This document shows positions 1 to 9,049 of a stretch of 64,000 nt of DNA, piece by piece. Under the pieces are notes generated by a model that was not told the DNA's origin, ran no database searches, and saw only the letters and a program-made list of their open reading frames with translations. The stretch comes from an uncultured Acidobacteriota bacterium (GTDB lineage Bacteria > Acidobacteriota > Vicinamibacteria > Vicinamibacterales > 2-12-FULL-66-21). Numbering within the stretch: position 1 is the stretch's first letter; the number at the start of each line of letters is the position of its first letter. The stretch covers positions 42,613 to 106,612 of the forward strand of contig CAWAXG010000025.1 of NCBI GenBank assembly GCA_963785755.1. Reading direction: 5' to 3'. Made by a program: the position numbers and the translations under genes.

Positions 1-702
1 ACCCACGTCTACGAAACCGTGTTCCTGCTCCGCGACTGGGAAAGCGCGCGCGTGCGGAGCGCGCTCATGGAACAGGCACGCCTTCAAACCGAGCTCGAAA
101 GCCTCGGACGCGAGGTCGATCCGCATTTCCTGTTCAACAATCTCAACGCGCTCGCCCACCTCGTCGATCAGCGGAGCGACGCGGCACCGTGGTTCATCCG
201 GACGCTGAGCGCCACCTACCGATATGTCCTCGACTGTCGCGGCCGGCCGCTGGTCCCGCTCGCGGACGAGCTCGAGGCGCTCGAACGGCACCGCACGCTG
301 GCTGACGTCCGGTATCGCGGCAGCGTGCGTCTCCACGTGGAGGTTCATCCGGCGGACGCGCGCGGCCTGATGCTGCCTCCGGTCTCGCTCGCCGAGCTGT
401 TTCAGAACGCGCTGAAGCACAACACCGTCGCATCCGACGATCACCTGTGCATCCGCGTCCGGGTCGAGGGCACCACGCTGGTCTTCGAGAACAATCTCCG
501 GTCCGGACCGAAGACGACGGGCTCGACCGGGATCGGACTCGCCAATCTCAGGGAACGATTTCGCATCGCGACCGGCCGCGCCGCGGACTGGGCCGTCGAA
601 GCGGATCGATTCGTCGTCCGCCTGCCCCTCGTCCGGAGCTCGAATGCTGCTCCGGTGCCAACCGATCGCTCGGCAGGCGAGGATGGGCGGGGTCAGTCGT
701 GA
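1..702 (+). CDS. LytS/YehU-type sensor histidine kinase, C-terminal part (5' truncated by window)
   Basis: Frame open from base 1. Contains the DPHFLFNNLN His-box, ELFQNALKH N-box and STGIGLANLRERF G-box of the His_kinase family. Confidence 0.9.
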   Translation, partial: THVYETVFLLRDWESARVRSALMEQARLQTELESLGREVDPHFLFNNLNALAHLVDQRSDAAPWFIRTLSATYRYVLDCRGRPLVPLADELEALERHRTLADVRYRGSVRLHVEVHPADARGLMLPPVSLAELFQNALKHNTVASDDHLCIRVRVEGTTLVFENNLRSGPKTTGSTGIGLANLRERFRIATGRAADWAVEADRFVVRLPLVRSSNAAPVPTDRSAGEDGRGQS

Positions 703-1355
703 AGCACGATGCTCAGCAGGGAACTGTTGACTTTGAGCCCGCCGTTGTACTCGATCAGACCGAGCTTGCGGAACTTGTTCATGAAAAAATTCACACGGGA
801 ACGCGTGGTCCCGACCATCTCGGCGAGCGTCTCCTGCGACAGTTTGGGCAGCATCCGCTTGGTCGTGTCTTCCTTCCCGTAGCGTGCGAGGAGCAGCAGC
901 GTGCGGGCGAGCCGCTTCTCGCTCGAGTTGAAGAGCTGATCGACCAGGTCCTCTTCGATTCGAATGTTGCGCGTGAGCATGTGCGCGATGAATCGGTCGG
1001 AGAAATCGGAATGCTCGTGCAGCATCCGAAGCATGTCGCGCTTGTGGATGCGCAGGACCGCCGTCGGCACCACGGCAGTGGCCGTTCCCATGCGCACTGG
1101 CTGGCCGGCGAGGCACCCCTCGCCAAAGAAATCGCCGGGCCCGAGCATGGCGACGACCGCCTCCTTGCCTGCCGACGACAGCACCGAGAGCTTCACGCCG
1201 CCATCCCGCACGTAGAACACACTGTTCGCCTGTGCGCCTTGCGCGAACACGACGGCCCCGTTCACGAACCGGACCACGCGGGGCGACACGCCGGCCGACT
1301 TGAGGAAGGCCTGAACGTCAAATGAAGACAGTGCCGGGCTGGCCGGCTTGGACAT
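693..1355 (-). CDS. Crp/Fnr family transcriptional regulator
   Basis: cNMP-binding domain (LGPGDFFGEGCL...R.GTA) plus Crp HTH (LSQETLAEMVGTTRSRVNFFMNKFRKLGLI). Confidence 0.95.
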   Translation of the reverse strand: MSKPASPALSSFDVQAFLKSAGVSPRVVRFVNGAVVFAQGAQANSVFYVRDGGVKLSVLSSAGKEAVVAMLGPGDFFGEGCLAGQPVRMGTATAVVPTAVLRIHKRDMLRMLHEHSDFSDRFIAHMLTRNIRIEEDLVDQLFNSSEKRLARTLLLLARYGKEDTTKRMLPKLSQETLAEMVGTTRSRVNFFMNKFRKLGLIEYNGGLKVNSSLLSIVLHD

Positions 1356-1486
1356 GCTTGGGCGGCATGGGCTGGTCGATCATCCCACGACTGAGCGCCC
1401 GCAGCCACACTCGTGCAGAGCAGGTTCGATGAGGCCGACGCCGTTTCAGGCCGAAACGGCGAATGTTCGACGAGGAAGCGGTGCCG

Positions 1487-1729
1487 TCAACCGGCGGTGC
1501 CGCGGACCGTCACGGTCGTGCCGTGCGACCACTTGGAATAGCAGCCACCGCACATCAGGGCGTTGAGCGGTGCCTGCTCTGCGGCCTGGATGGAAAGAAC
1601 GCGCGACCCGGGGTCCTCCCGCGGCAGGAACTGCGCGCCGCAGACCCCACAGGGTTGCTCGGGATCGGATTTCACGTGCCTGACCGACAGGGTGAGGGTC
1701 GTCATCGACGTTTCTACATCTCTCGTCAT
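1487..1729 (-). CDS. Small hypothetical protein (80 aa) with two CxxC motifs, putative Zn-binding
   Basis: CGVC...CGGC motifs; AAGGGA RBS-like sequence just upstream of the ATG. Confidence 0.6.
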   Translation of the reverse strand: MTRDVETSMTTLTLSVRHVKSDPEQPCGVCGAQFLPREDPGSRVLSIQAAEQAPLNALMCGGCYSKWSHGTTVTVRGTAG

Positions 1730-1856
1730 GTTATCCCTTGGCGACGCAGCACGATTGCTCGCGCCGCGTTCAGATCGGGTTGGCGGATGCGAGCAGCGAC
1801 CAACATGGTCAACGACTTGATCGCGGAACTCTCCGCTGCCACCGGTGCAATCGTGG

Positions 1857-2060
1857 TCAGGTGCGGTTGGCCTGTCCGGGCTCGCGAAAATGATCCAGAT
1901 CCCTGCTGCAGTTCCATCCGTTCGGGTCGACCCCCGCCGCTGGTCGCTTCAGGGCCTCCGCACCATGACCCGAATCGATCTGGGTGCGCCTGCCGAACTG
2001 CATGATGCCGCTGCAGTCATCGACGCTGCACGGTTTGCGATCGCCTCGAGAGGGTGCCAT
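1857..2060 (-). CDS. Small hypothetical protein (67 aa), C-x4-C...WxC-x5-H
   Basis: MAPSRGDRKPCSVDDCSGIMQF...GWNCSRDLDH; TAAGGA RBS 5 nt before the ATG at 2060. Confidence 0.55.
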   Translation of the reverse strand: MAPSRGDRKPCSVDDCSGIMQFGRRTQIDSGHGAEALKRPAAGVDPNGWNCSRDLDHFREPGQANRT

Positions 2061-2220
2061 GGAGATCCTTATCAGGGTTTCAATGCGGCTCGACTTGCCG
2101 GACCGCACGGCCCAACGCACAAGCAAGTGCGTGACCTTCCATCAGTACGGAGCCGGCCGCCCGCGTCTGTCCTGTTTTGCACATCGGATCGGGGGCAACT
2201 GGTGCTGAATTATCTGTACG

Positions 2221-2397
2221 ATGTCTGACTATCGATTCAGCACCCCGGTTACCCGGCCAACCACGTGCCCGTACTGCAAAGGCAAGGTCATCGACACGCT
2301 GGCGAAGGTCATCAGTGTGACGGCGCTCTGGCGGTGCCGCACATGCGAAAAGACGTGGACGATCGCCGGCCTCGCGGCATCCTCGCGCCTCCGCTGA
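2221..2397 (+). CDS. Small Zn-ribbon protein (58 aa), absent from the ORF track
   Basis: Manual translation MSDYRFSTPVTRPTTCPYCKGKVIDTLAKVISVTALWRCRTCEKTWTIAGLAASSRLR*, with a CPxC-x19-CxxC and W-flanked Zn-ribbon pattern. Confidence 0.7.
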   Translation: MSDYRFSTPVTRPTTCPYCKGKVIDTLAKVISVTALWRCRTCEKTWTIAGLAASSRLR

Positions 2398-2440
2398 GCT
2401 CGACCGGCCATCACCCGGTCGGGCCGGATCGTGCCGGGTG

Positions 2441-2563
2441 TCAACTTCCAATCTCCAACTTCCCGCCTCCGCGCGCACGGTAAGCGACGCGCGCTACGGC
2501 GAGGCCTCGCCGAGCGCGCTTGATCCGTCCGCGCGGAGGCGGGGAGGTTGGGAGTTGGGAGTT
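2441..2563. repeat. Intergenic palindromic REP/REPIN-like element with CAACT(C/T)C heptamer termini
   Basis: Left arm caacttcccgcctccgcgcg pairs with right arm cgcgcggaggcggggaggttg; perfect central palindrome CGGCGAGGCCTCGCCG at 2497-2512; lies between convergent genes. Confidence 0.8.
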
Positions 2564-2595
2564 TTCACTGCTGCGTTTTCAGCGTTCGTGCTGGC

Positions 2596-4008
2596 CTAGG
2601 TGAGCTCCCAGCCCGCGCGATAGCTCCCGTGGATGATCGGTTCGGCATCCGAGTTGCCGCGCGCCTCCATTCGCTCGGCATCCCAGTCGATCCGGCGGCC
2701 AAGGCGGAGCGACACGACGCCGAGCAGCGCGAGCTCGGTGAGCCGGGCGCCGTACTCGAAGTTGCTGCTGGCGGGCGGGCCGCCTTTGCACGCATCCAGC
2801 CAGTCGCGATGATGTCCCTTCGATCGCGGCAGCACGGGCTTCGGCTTCGCGGTGCTCTTGTGCCTGGACGCCGGCAGCAGCTGCGGGCTTCCACCGGCGC
2901 CGCCCGTGACGATCGCGCCTTTGTCCCCTATGAACAGCACGCCGCGAGGAATCAGCGGCTGGCCTTCGAGCAGCGCGTCCGGGACGACCGGGCGCAGGCC
3001 GCCGTCGTACCACTTCAGCGTGAGGGCCGCCTGGCGGCCACGGCGCTCGAAGCGGTACTCGCCGAGACATCCGTGCGGACAGATGTCGTCGTTCATGTTC
3101 CCCGCGGGCGAGAACTCGACGCTCGCCGGGGCGGCCAGATCGAAGGCCCAGCACGAGGAATCGAGCTCGTGGCAGCCGAAGTCCTCGATGTTCGTGCCGC
3201 CGAAGTCCCAGAAATCGCGCCACGACACCGGGAAGTAGGCGGCGCTGAACGGGCGCGGCTCGCGCGGCCCGAGCCAGAGATCCCAGTTCAGGCCGGCGGG
3301 GACGAGCGGCGTCTCGGGCGGACGGCCCGACAGCGCCGGATTCCACCGGCCGGCAGGCACCCACGCGTGCACCTCGCGCACCGTGCCGATGATCCCCGCT
3401 TGTATCAACTCGACCGTCTCCCGCATCCCGTCGCTCGAGTGGCCCTGATTTCCCATCTGCGTCGCCACGCCGGTCTCCTTCGCCACCCGCGCAACGAGGC
3501 GGGCCTCGCGGATGTTGTGGGTCAGCGGCTTCTCGCAGTAGACGTGCTTGCGGGCTCGCATCGCGGGTACGACAACGGACGCGTGCGCGTGATCGGGGGT
3601 CGCGCAGAGCACGGCGTCGACCGCGGTCTCGCGCTCGAGCATCTGCCGGAAGTCCACGTACTCCGTGCACTTGTAGTTCGGCGTGACCTGCTCGTAGTGG
3701 CGTTCGATCAGCTCGCGGACGGGCTTTCTCCCGGCCATGCCCTTGAAGTAGAACCGCTCGAGGTCGAAGTACTCAGCGGGATCCGCGACGGCAATCACCT
3801 GTGCGTCGGGCTGCTCGAACAGCGAACGGAGGTTCGTCCTGCCCTGGCCTCCGGCGCCGACGAGGGCGATGTTCACCTTGTCGCTCGGCGGGACCTGGCC
3901 CTGCCCGAGCACGTGCCGCGGGACGATCGTGAGCGACGCGGCGGCAGCCGCGGCACTGGCACTTTCTTTCAGGAACGTGCGGCGGGACCGGGATCCGCTC
4001 GAATCCAT
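2596..4008 (-). CDS. Gfo/Idh/MocA family oxidoreductase with Tat signal
   Basis: SRRTFLK twin-arginine motif, IALVGAGGQG, ATPDHAH, VYCEKPLT; RBS AGGAGAGG before the ATG at 4008. Confidence 0.93.
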   Translation of the reverse strand: MDSSGSRSRRTFLKESASAAAAAASLTIVPRHVLGQGQVPPSDKVNIALVGAGGQGRTNLRSLFEQPDAQVIAVADPAEYFDLERFYFKGMAGRKPVRELIERHYEQVTPNYKCTEYVDFRQMLERETAVDAVLCATPDHAHASVVVPAMRARKHVYCEKPLTHNIREARLVARVAKETGVATQMGNQGHSSDGMRETVELIQAGIIGTVREVHAWVPAGRWNPALSGRPPETPLVPAGLNWDLWLGPREPRPFSAAYFPVSWRDFWDFGGTNIEDFGCHELDSSCWAFDLAAPASVEFSPAGNMNDDICPHGCLGEYRFERRGRQAALTLKWYDGGLRPVVPDALLEGQPLIPRGVLFIGDKGAIVTGGAGGSPQLLPASRHKSTAKPKPVLPRSKGHHRDWLDACKGGPPASSNFEYGARLTELALLGVVSLRLGRRIDWDAERMEARGNSDAEPIIHGSYRAGWELT

Positions 4009-4260
4009 GTGACCTCTCCTTGCCCTGGCATCAGGTTGTGACTGGACAGTCCGGATGTGGGTCCGGTCCGACCGCTCAGGGTTCACGGCCCCAGAGCGGA
4101 ACGGTGCAGCATTGTCGCACGGGGGCGATCGTCCGGACCGGGAGACGACTCCACGTCATGGCGCCGTCCGACGACGTGCGAGCCGTGCGGCCACGGGTCG
4201 GCGCACGCGGCGACCGTCGTGCGCCTATACTGAACGGCGGTTCTGGTCGCCGAGATCGCA

Positions 4261-6678
4261 ATGAGGCTCGATCTGGTTGTTTCCGATTTGCGCTGGGCAG
4301 TGCGCGCGCTCGTCTCGGGGCGCCTGTATACCGTGGTGGCTGCGACCTGTCTGGCGCTGGGACTCGCCACGAACACCACGATGTTCTCGGTCTTCGATGC
4401 GATGTTCCTGCGACCGTTGCCATTCATCGACGCGGATCGCCTCGTCTCGATCGCCGGGCGTCATCCCGACACCGCCCGCCGCGTCCCCCTCTCGCTCGAC
4501 GACGTTCGCGAGCTGGCGTTGGCTGTGCCGTCGCTCGAGGCGATGGCCGCCTACTCAGGGCGCGCCGCCACGCTCACCGACGGTGGCGAGCCCGAACGTA
4601 TTGCCGCGCAGATGGTCACCGCCAGTCTCTTTCCTCTGCTTGGGATTCAGCCGCAGCGCGGCTCCGGCTTCTCGCCGGCCGATGACCACGTGTCAGCCGC
4701 GGCTGTGGCGGTCATCAGCGATTCGCTGTGGCGCCGGCGTTACCAGGGGGATCCGTCCGTGATCGGGCGGATCATCAGGCTGGACGCCATGCCGCACACG
4801 ATTGTCGGCGTCATGCCGCCGAAGTTCAGATTCCCCAGCACGACCGAGCTGTGGATCCCGATCGCGCCGGCACTGGGGACATCGGGCGCACGGTCGCGCG
4901 GCGTGTCGATCCTCGGGCGGCTCGGGCCGGACGCAACGACTGAGCGGGCCAACGCCGAACTGGCGGCGCGCGTGCTCGCCGCGCAGGGGACGCGCGGCCC
5001 GCGCGCGGGCTTCGCCCGGCCGTTCGCGAGCGCGGGAGCCGGCAGCGAAGAGCGGACGATCACGGCAGCATTGATGGGCGCGACGACGCTGTTGCTGATC
5101 ATTGCGTGCGTCAACCTGGCGAACCTGATGATGGCGCGCGGCGCTCGCCGCCGCCGGGAATTCGCCGTTCGCGCCGCGCTCGGCGCCAGCCGCGGCCGCA
5201 TCGCGTCTCAGCTGCTCACCGAGTCGGTGCTGCTCGCATTCGTCTCGGCTCTCATAGCGCTGCCGCTTGCCTGGTACGGGATCCGATGGGTGCACGACGC
5301 GGTGCCCGCAACCGATCCGCTGGGCCCGTACTACGTGGACTGGTCGCTCGACGCGAGGACCTTGCTGTACGCTGCCGCCACCGCACTGGTCACAGGCTTC
5401 ACGTTCGGGCTCGTGCCGGCGTTCGATACCGCGGGCAGGCGGCTACTCAATCCTCTCCGCGAAAACACCGGCGCCGCCGGCGGGCGACTTCAGCGCCGCG
5501 TGCACCACGCCCTCATCGTGGCGCAACTCGCGCTGGCCCTCATCCTGCTCGCCGGCGCGTCGCTCTTCGTTCGCACTTACGTTGGCCTGCGAGGCGTCGA
5601 GCTGGGCTACGACATGTCTCACCTGATGACGATGCGCTTCTACCTCGCCGGCGCGCGGTACGACGCAGTAGAGTCGCGGACGCGCACCGTGGACGAGATC
5701 GCCAGGCGACTGGAGACCCTCCCCGGCGCGCACGCCGCCACCGTCACTGACCTCGTCCCGCTCGACGATCAAGGCGGATCGGACGCGCCTGCCGTCGTCG
5801 AAGGCCGTGTGTTCGAGGCAGGGCGGGAACCGACGGTGCACTACGCCGGCGTCGCTGGCCAATGGGTGGAGACGTTCAACCTGCGGCTGCTCGCGGGCCG
5901 ATCGTTCTACGACCACGAGATTCATGCCGCCGCTCCCGTCGCACTCGTCAACGCGGAGCTCGCCCGGACGTTCTGGCCCGGCCAGAGCGCGCCCGGGCGC
6001 AGGTTCCGGATTGCCGACGAGGAGACGAATCCGTGGCTCACGGTGATCGGGGTCGTGCCGGACATCCGTACCGTGAAGCTCGATGAGAGTCGCCAGACTC
6101 CGCCCACCGCGTACCTGCCGCACCGCCTCATCTCGACGCGAAACTACGGCATCGTGATTCGTACGCGCGCCCACCCGGAATCGGTGACCGCGGACGCGCG
6201 TGCGGCAGTGCACGCGGTGGATTCGTCGGTGGCGCTGTTCGATGTCTACCCGATGGAGCAGGTGCGCTGGCTGAGCTACTGGATGTACGTCATGTGGGGC
6301 ACGATGTTCAGCGCGCTCGGCATGATCGCGGTGTTCGTCGCGGCCGTCGGGGTGTATGGAGTCGTGTTCTATACCGTATCGCAGCGCACCCGCGAGATCG
6401 GCATCCGGGTAGCACTCGGTGCCAGGCGTGCACAGATCGTCGGGCCGATGCTCCGCCAGGTCGGCGCGTTGACCGCCGCCGGCCTGGCGATCGGGCTGCT
6501 CGGTGCGTTCGCGGTGACGCCTGTCATCGGCAGCCTGCTCATCGGCGTCGCGCCGCATGACCCTGCCGGGTTTGCTGCCGTGTCGGTCCTGCTCGCCGCC
6601 GTCGCGCTCGTGGCGACCTGGCTCCCAGCCTGGCGGGTGTCAGCAGTGGATGCGGCGACCGCTCTCCGCGATCCGTAG
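4261..6678 (+). CDS. ABC transporter permease, ADOP/MacB-FtsX duplicated type
   Basis: 805 aa; LLIIACVNLANL, REFAVRAALGASRGRI, RTREIGIRVALGA; two MacB_PCD-FtsX halves. Confidence 0.95.
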   Translation: MRLDLVVSDLRWAVRALVSGRLYTVVAATCLALGLATNTTMFSVFDAMFLRPLPFIDADRLVSIAGRHPDTARRVPLSLDDVRELALAVPSLEAMAAYSGRAATLTDGGEPERIAAQMVTASLFPLLGIQPQRGSGFSPADDHVSAAAVAVISDSLWRRRYQGDPSVIGRIIRLDAMPHTIVGVMPPKFRFPSTTELWIPIAPALGTSGARSRGVSILGRLGPDATTERANAELAARVLAAQGTRGPRAGFARPFASAGAGSEERTITAALMGATTLLLIIACVNLANLMMARGARRRREFAVRAALGASRGRIASQLLTESVLLAFVSALIALPLAWYGIRWVHDAVPATDPLGPYYVDWSLDARTLLYAAATALVTGFTFGLVPAFDTAGRRLLNPLRENTGAAGGRLQRRVHHALIVAQLALALILLAGASLFVRTYVGLRGVELGYDMSHLMTMRFYLAGARYDAVESRTRTVDEIARRLETLPGAHAATVTDLVPLDDQGGSDAPAVVEGRVFEAGREPTVHYAGVAGQWVETFNLRLLAGRSFYDHEIHAAAPVALVNAELARTFWPGQSAPGRRFRIADEETNPWLTVIGVVPDIRTVKLDESRQTPPTAYLPHRLISTRNYGIVIRTRAHPESVTADARAAVHAVDSSVALFDVYPMEQVRWLSYWMYVMWGTMFSALGMIAVFVAAVGVYGVVFYTVSQRTREIGIRVALGARRAQIVGPMLRQVGALTAAGLAIGLLGAFAVTPVIGSLLIGVAPHDPAGFAAVSVLLAAVALVATWLPAWRVSAVDAATALRDP

Positions 6679-6734
6679 CCCCGGTCGGTCGTCGCAACGG
6701 CCTGACCCCGATTCACGGTTCACGGCCTGACCTC

Positions 6735-7478
6735 TCAGAACTTGTAGCGCACGCCGAACGTGATCGGCAGCGTCCAGCGCGTGCTCTTGTCGTTGATCTG
6801 GCCGAGGCCGGTTCCCTCGAGGTCGTCGATCTCCGCCAGGCCGCTGTTGTGCCGGAACCCGATCTGTGCCTGCACATCGAACCGCTCACTCAGGGCGTAG
6901 AGCAAGCCGCCGTTCACGCCGAACGAAAACGCGGCCGTGCCGTCGTAGAGGTCGGTCTGGTAGCGCACGATCCCGGCCTGGGGCGCGGCAAAGATGCCGT
7001 CAATCTCGGGGATGATGGCGACGCCCAACGTCGCGCCGGCGTAGGGGCGCAGCTTCTCGGCCGGATAGGCAAAGTAGTGCCGAAAGCCTGCATCGAAGGT
7101 CGAGACCTTGTAATCGTCGAAGGTGCCGACGAAAGTCGAGACCCCGGCCGTGCCGAGGGTGACCACGTCCGAGCCGACCCGCTGATAGGTGAACTGGCCT
7201 CGAACCTCGTTGATGGCGTCGATCGCGTAACCGACGCCAAACTGCCACTGCGCGCCGGTCCCGTAGACGTCGCCAAAGGTCGTCGACTGAATGACGATCG
7301 GCAGGCCCTCGAGCTCGCCGATGCCGGCCGCGAGGAAATCGCCACTGATGCTGTTGTCCCAGCCGATGGACGCGTCGACGCTAAAACGAGACTCGACTGG
7401 CTGCTGTGCCGCGGCCTCAGTGGAAAGACAGACTGCGCCGAGGCAGAATGCAGCGAACCCGACCAACGTTGATTTCAC
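6735..7478 (-). CDS. Outer-membrane beta-barrel protein (OmpA/OmpW-like fold)
   Basis: Signal peptide, LRPYAGATLG strand, C-terminal FGVRYKF beta-signal; GAGGAGG RBS before the GTG. Confidence 0.85.
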   Translation of the reverse strand: MKSTLVGFAAFCLGAVCLSTEAAAQQPVESRFSVDASIGWDNSISGDFLAAGIGELEGLPIVIQSTTFGDVYGTGAQWQFGVGYAIDAINEVRGQFTYQRVGSDVVTLGTAGVSTFVGTFDDYKVSTFDAGFRHYFAYPAEKLRPYAGATLGVAIIPEIDGIFAAPQAGIVRYQTDLYDGTAAFSFGVNGGLLYALSERFDVQAQIGFRHNSGLAEIDDLEGTGLGQINDKSTRWTLPITFGVRYKF

Positions 7479-7518
7479 GAACGAACCTCCTCTTGTTCAA
7501 GTGGCAAATCATCCAAGT

Positions 7519-7551
7519 GGCAAGTTGCAAGGAGCAACGTCGCAACTTGCC
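7519..7551. promoter_or_regulatory. 10-bp perfect inverted repeat in divergent promoter region
   Basis: GGCAAGTTGC-N13-GCAACTTGCC between the OMP and halogenase-like genes. Confidence 0.45.
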
Positions 7552-7702
7552 CCTTGTAACTCGTAGGAACGATTCTATCCGGCAACACACATCATTCCTG
7601 CATACCGAATTGCCGGCGCCTCTGGTACCGAACGCGGAGCGGCGCCGGCGCGCTTCCGTGATTTGGCGGGTACGCGACAATTAGGTCGATACGGCTTCCT
7701 CC

Positions 7703-9019
7703 ATGAGCTTCGACTGTGACGTCGCCGTCATCGGTGGCGGCCCGGCTGGCGCGGCCGCGGCGGCCTGGCTGGCGCGCCACGGGCAGCGGGTCGTGCTGTT
7801 CGAGCGCGATCGATTCCCGCGGTTTCACATCGGCGAGTCGCTCCTCGCGTCGGTCAACGACGTGCTGGAGGAGATTGGCGCCGCCGACCTGATTCGGGCC
7901 GCGAAGTTTCCGGTCAAGTGGGGCGCCACATTCATGCCGCCCGACGGGTCCGTCGAGCGCGTCGCCGACTTCACGATCGCAGCGGGAGAAGTGAGGCAGC
8001 CGCAGACCTGGCAGGTGTGCCGCGAGGAATTCGACGATCTGCTGCTGCGTCATGCCGCGAGCAGCGGCGCCGACGTGCGCGAGGGTCATCGGGTGCTCGA
8101 CGTGTCCTTCGATCGCGATGGCGTGGACCTCGACGTCGCTCACACCGGCGCGCCAGGGCCGCCGGCTGAAAAACAGACGATGCGCGTGCGGGCGCGGGCG
8201 GTCATCGATGGATCCGGCCGCGCCTCGCTGCTGGCACAACGGTTCGAGCTGCGGCGCCACGAACCGGATCTCGCGAACGTCGCGGTCTTCTCGCATTACA
8301 CCGGCGTGCCGCGGCGGCAAGGGCGGCGCGCGGGGGACATCCGCGTGATTGCGCGGGCGGACCTGGGCTGGTTCTGGATGATCCCGATCTCGGACGAGCT
8401 GATGAGCGTGGGGGCGGTCCTGCCCCGCGCCGCGTTCAAGGCGCTCCCGCGGGCCGAGCCGGACGCCCTGCTCACGCACCTCATCGCCGGCACTCCCGCC
8501 GTCGCGCGCCTGATGACGCATGCAGTCCGGCGCTGGCCGGTGCGCGTCGAGCGTGACTTCTCGTACGGCGCGCGATCGTATGCCGGCGACCGCTGGATTC
8601 TCGTCGGCGACGCGGGATCGTTCCTCGACCCGGTGTTCTCGAGCGGCGTGGCGATTGCGCTCGAATCAGGACTCGAAGGCGCGCAGGCGATGGCCGCCGG
8701 GCTCGCGCGCGGCGACCTGTCGGCCCGCGCATTCCGCCGATTCAATTGCCGCCAGCATGCGCGGTATCAGTCGTTCCGGCGGTTCGTGCGCGGCTTCTAT
8801 ACGCCGGCCTTCCGTGATCTCTTCTTCAGCCCGAATCCGCCAAGACGGATGTTCGACGGCGTGGTCACCGTGCTGGCCGGGGCCTGGCGGCCGTCGCCGA
8901 TCACGCGCACCTGGGTGCACCTGTTCTTCTTGAGCGTACGCCTGCAAGCGCTGTTGAACTTCGCGCCGTCGCACCTCGCGATCAGGCTTCACCGGGCCGA
9001 TCGCGTGGCCGGCACCTGA
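7703..9019 (+). CDS. FAD-dependent oxidoreductase, flavin-dependent halogenase-like
   Basis: GGGPAG FAD motif, FPRFHIGESLL, Lys in FPVKWGA, WxWxIP (WFWMIP), GDAGSFLDPVFSSGV. Confidence 0.85.
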   Translation: MSFDCDVAVIGGGPAGAAAAAWLARHGQRVVLFERDRFPRFHIGESLLASVNDVLEEIGAADLIRAAKFPVKWGATFMPPDGSVERVADFTIAAGEVRQPQTWQVCREEFDDLLLRHAASSGADVREGHRVLDVSFDRDGVDLDVAHTGAPGPPAEKQTMRVRARAVIDGSGRASLLAQRFELRRHEPDLANVAVFSHYTGVPRRQGRRAGDIRVIARADLGWFWMIPISDELMSVGAVLPRAAFKALPRAEPDALLTHLIAGTPAVARLMTHAVRRWPVRVERDFSYGARSYAGDRWILVGDAGSFLDPVFSSGVAIALESGLEGAQAMAAGLARGDLSARAFRRFNCRQHARYQSFRRFVRGFYTPAFRDLFFSPNPPRRMFDGVVTVLAGAWRPSPITRTWVHLFFLSVRLQALLNFAPSHLAIRLHRADRVAGT

Positions 9020-9049
9020 GGCCGCAAGGAGTATCATTCGACCGGCGTC

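Noticed and set aside
2123-2136. Sigma54-like GGTCACGCACTTGC on the minus strand upstream of the 67-aa ORF
   Set aside because: Mismatch at the invariant -24 GG; not supportable without TSS data.
6697-6732. ACGGCCTGACC direct repeat x2 between the convergent ADOP and OMP genes
   Set aside because: Too short to call an att site or target-site duplication; at most a fragment of another REP family.
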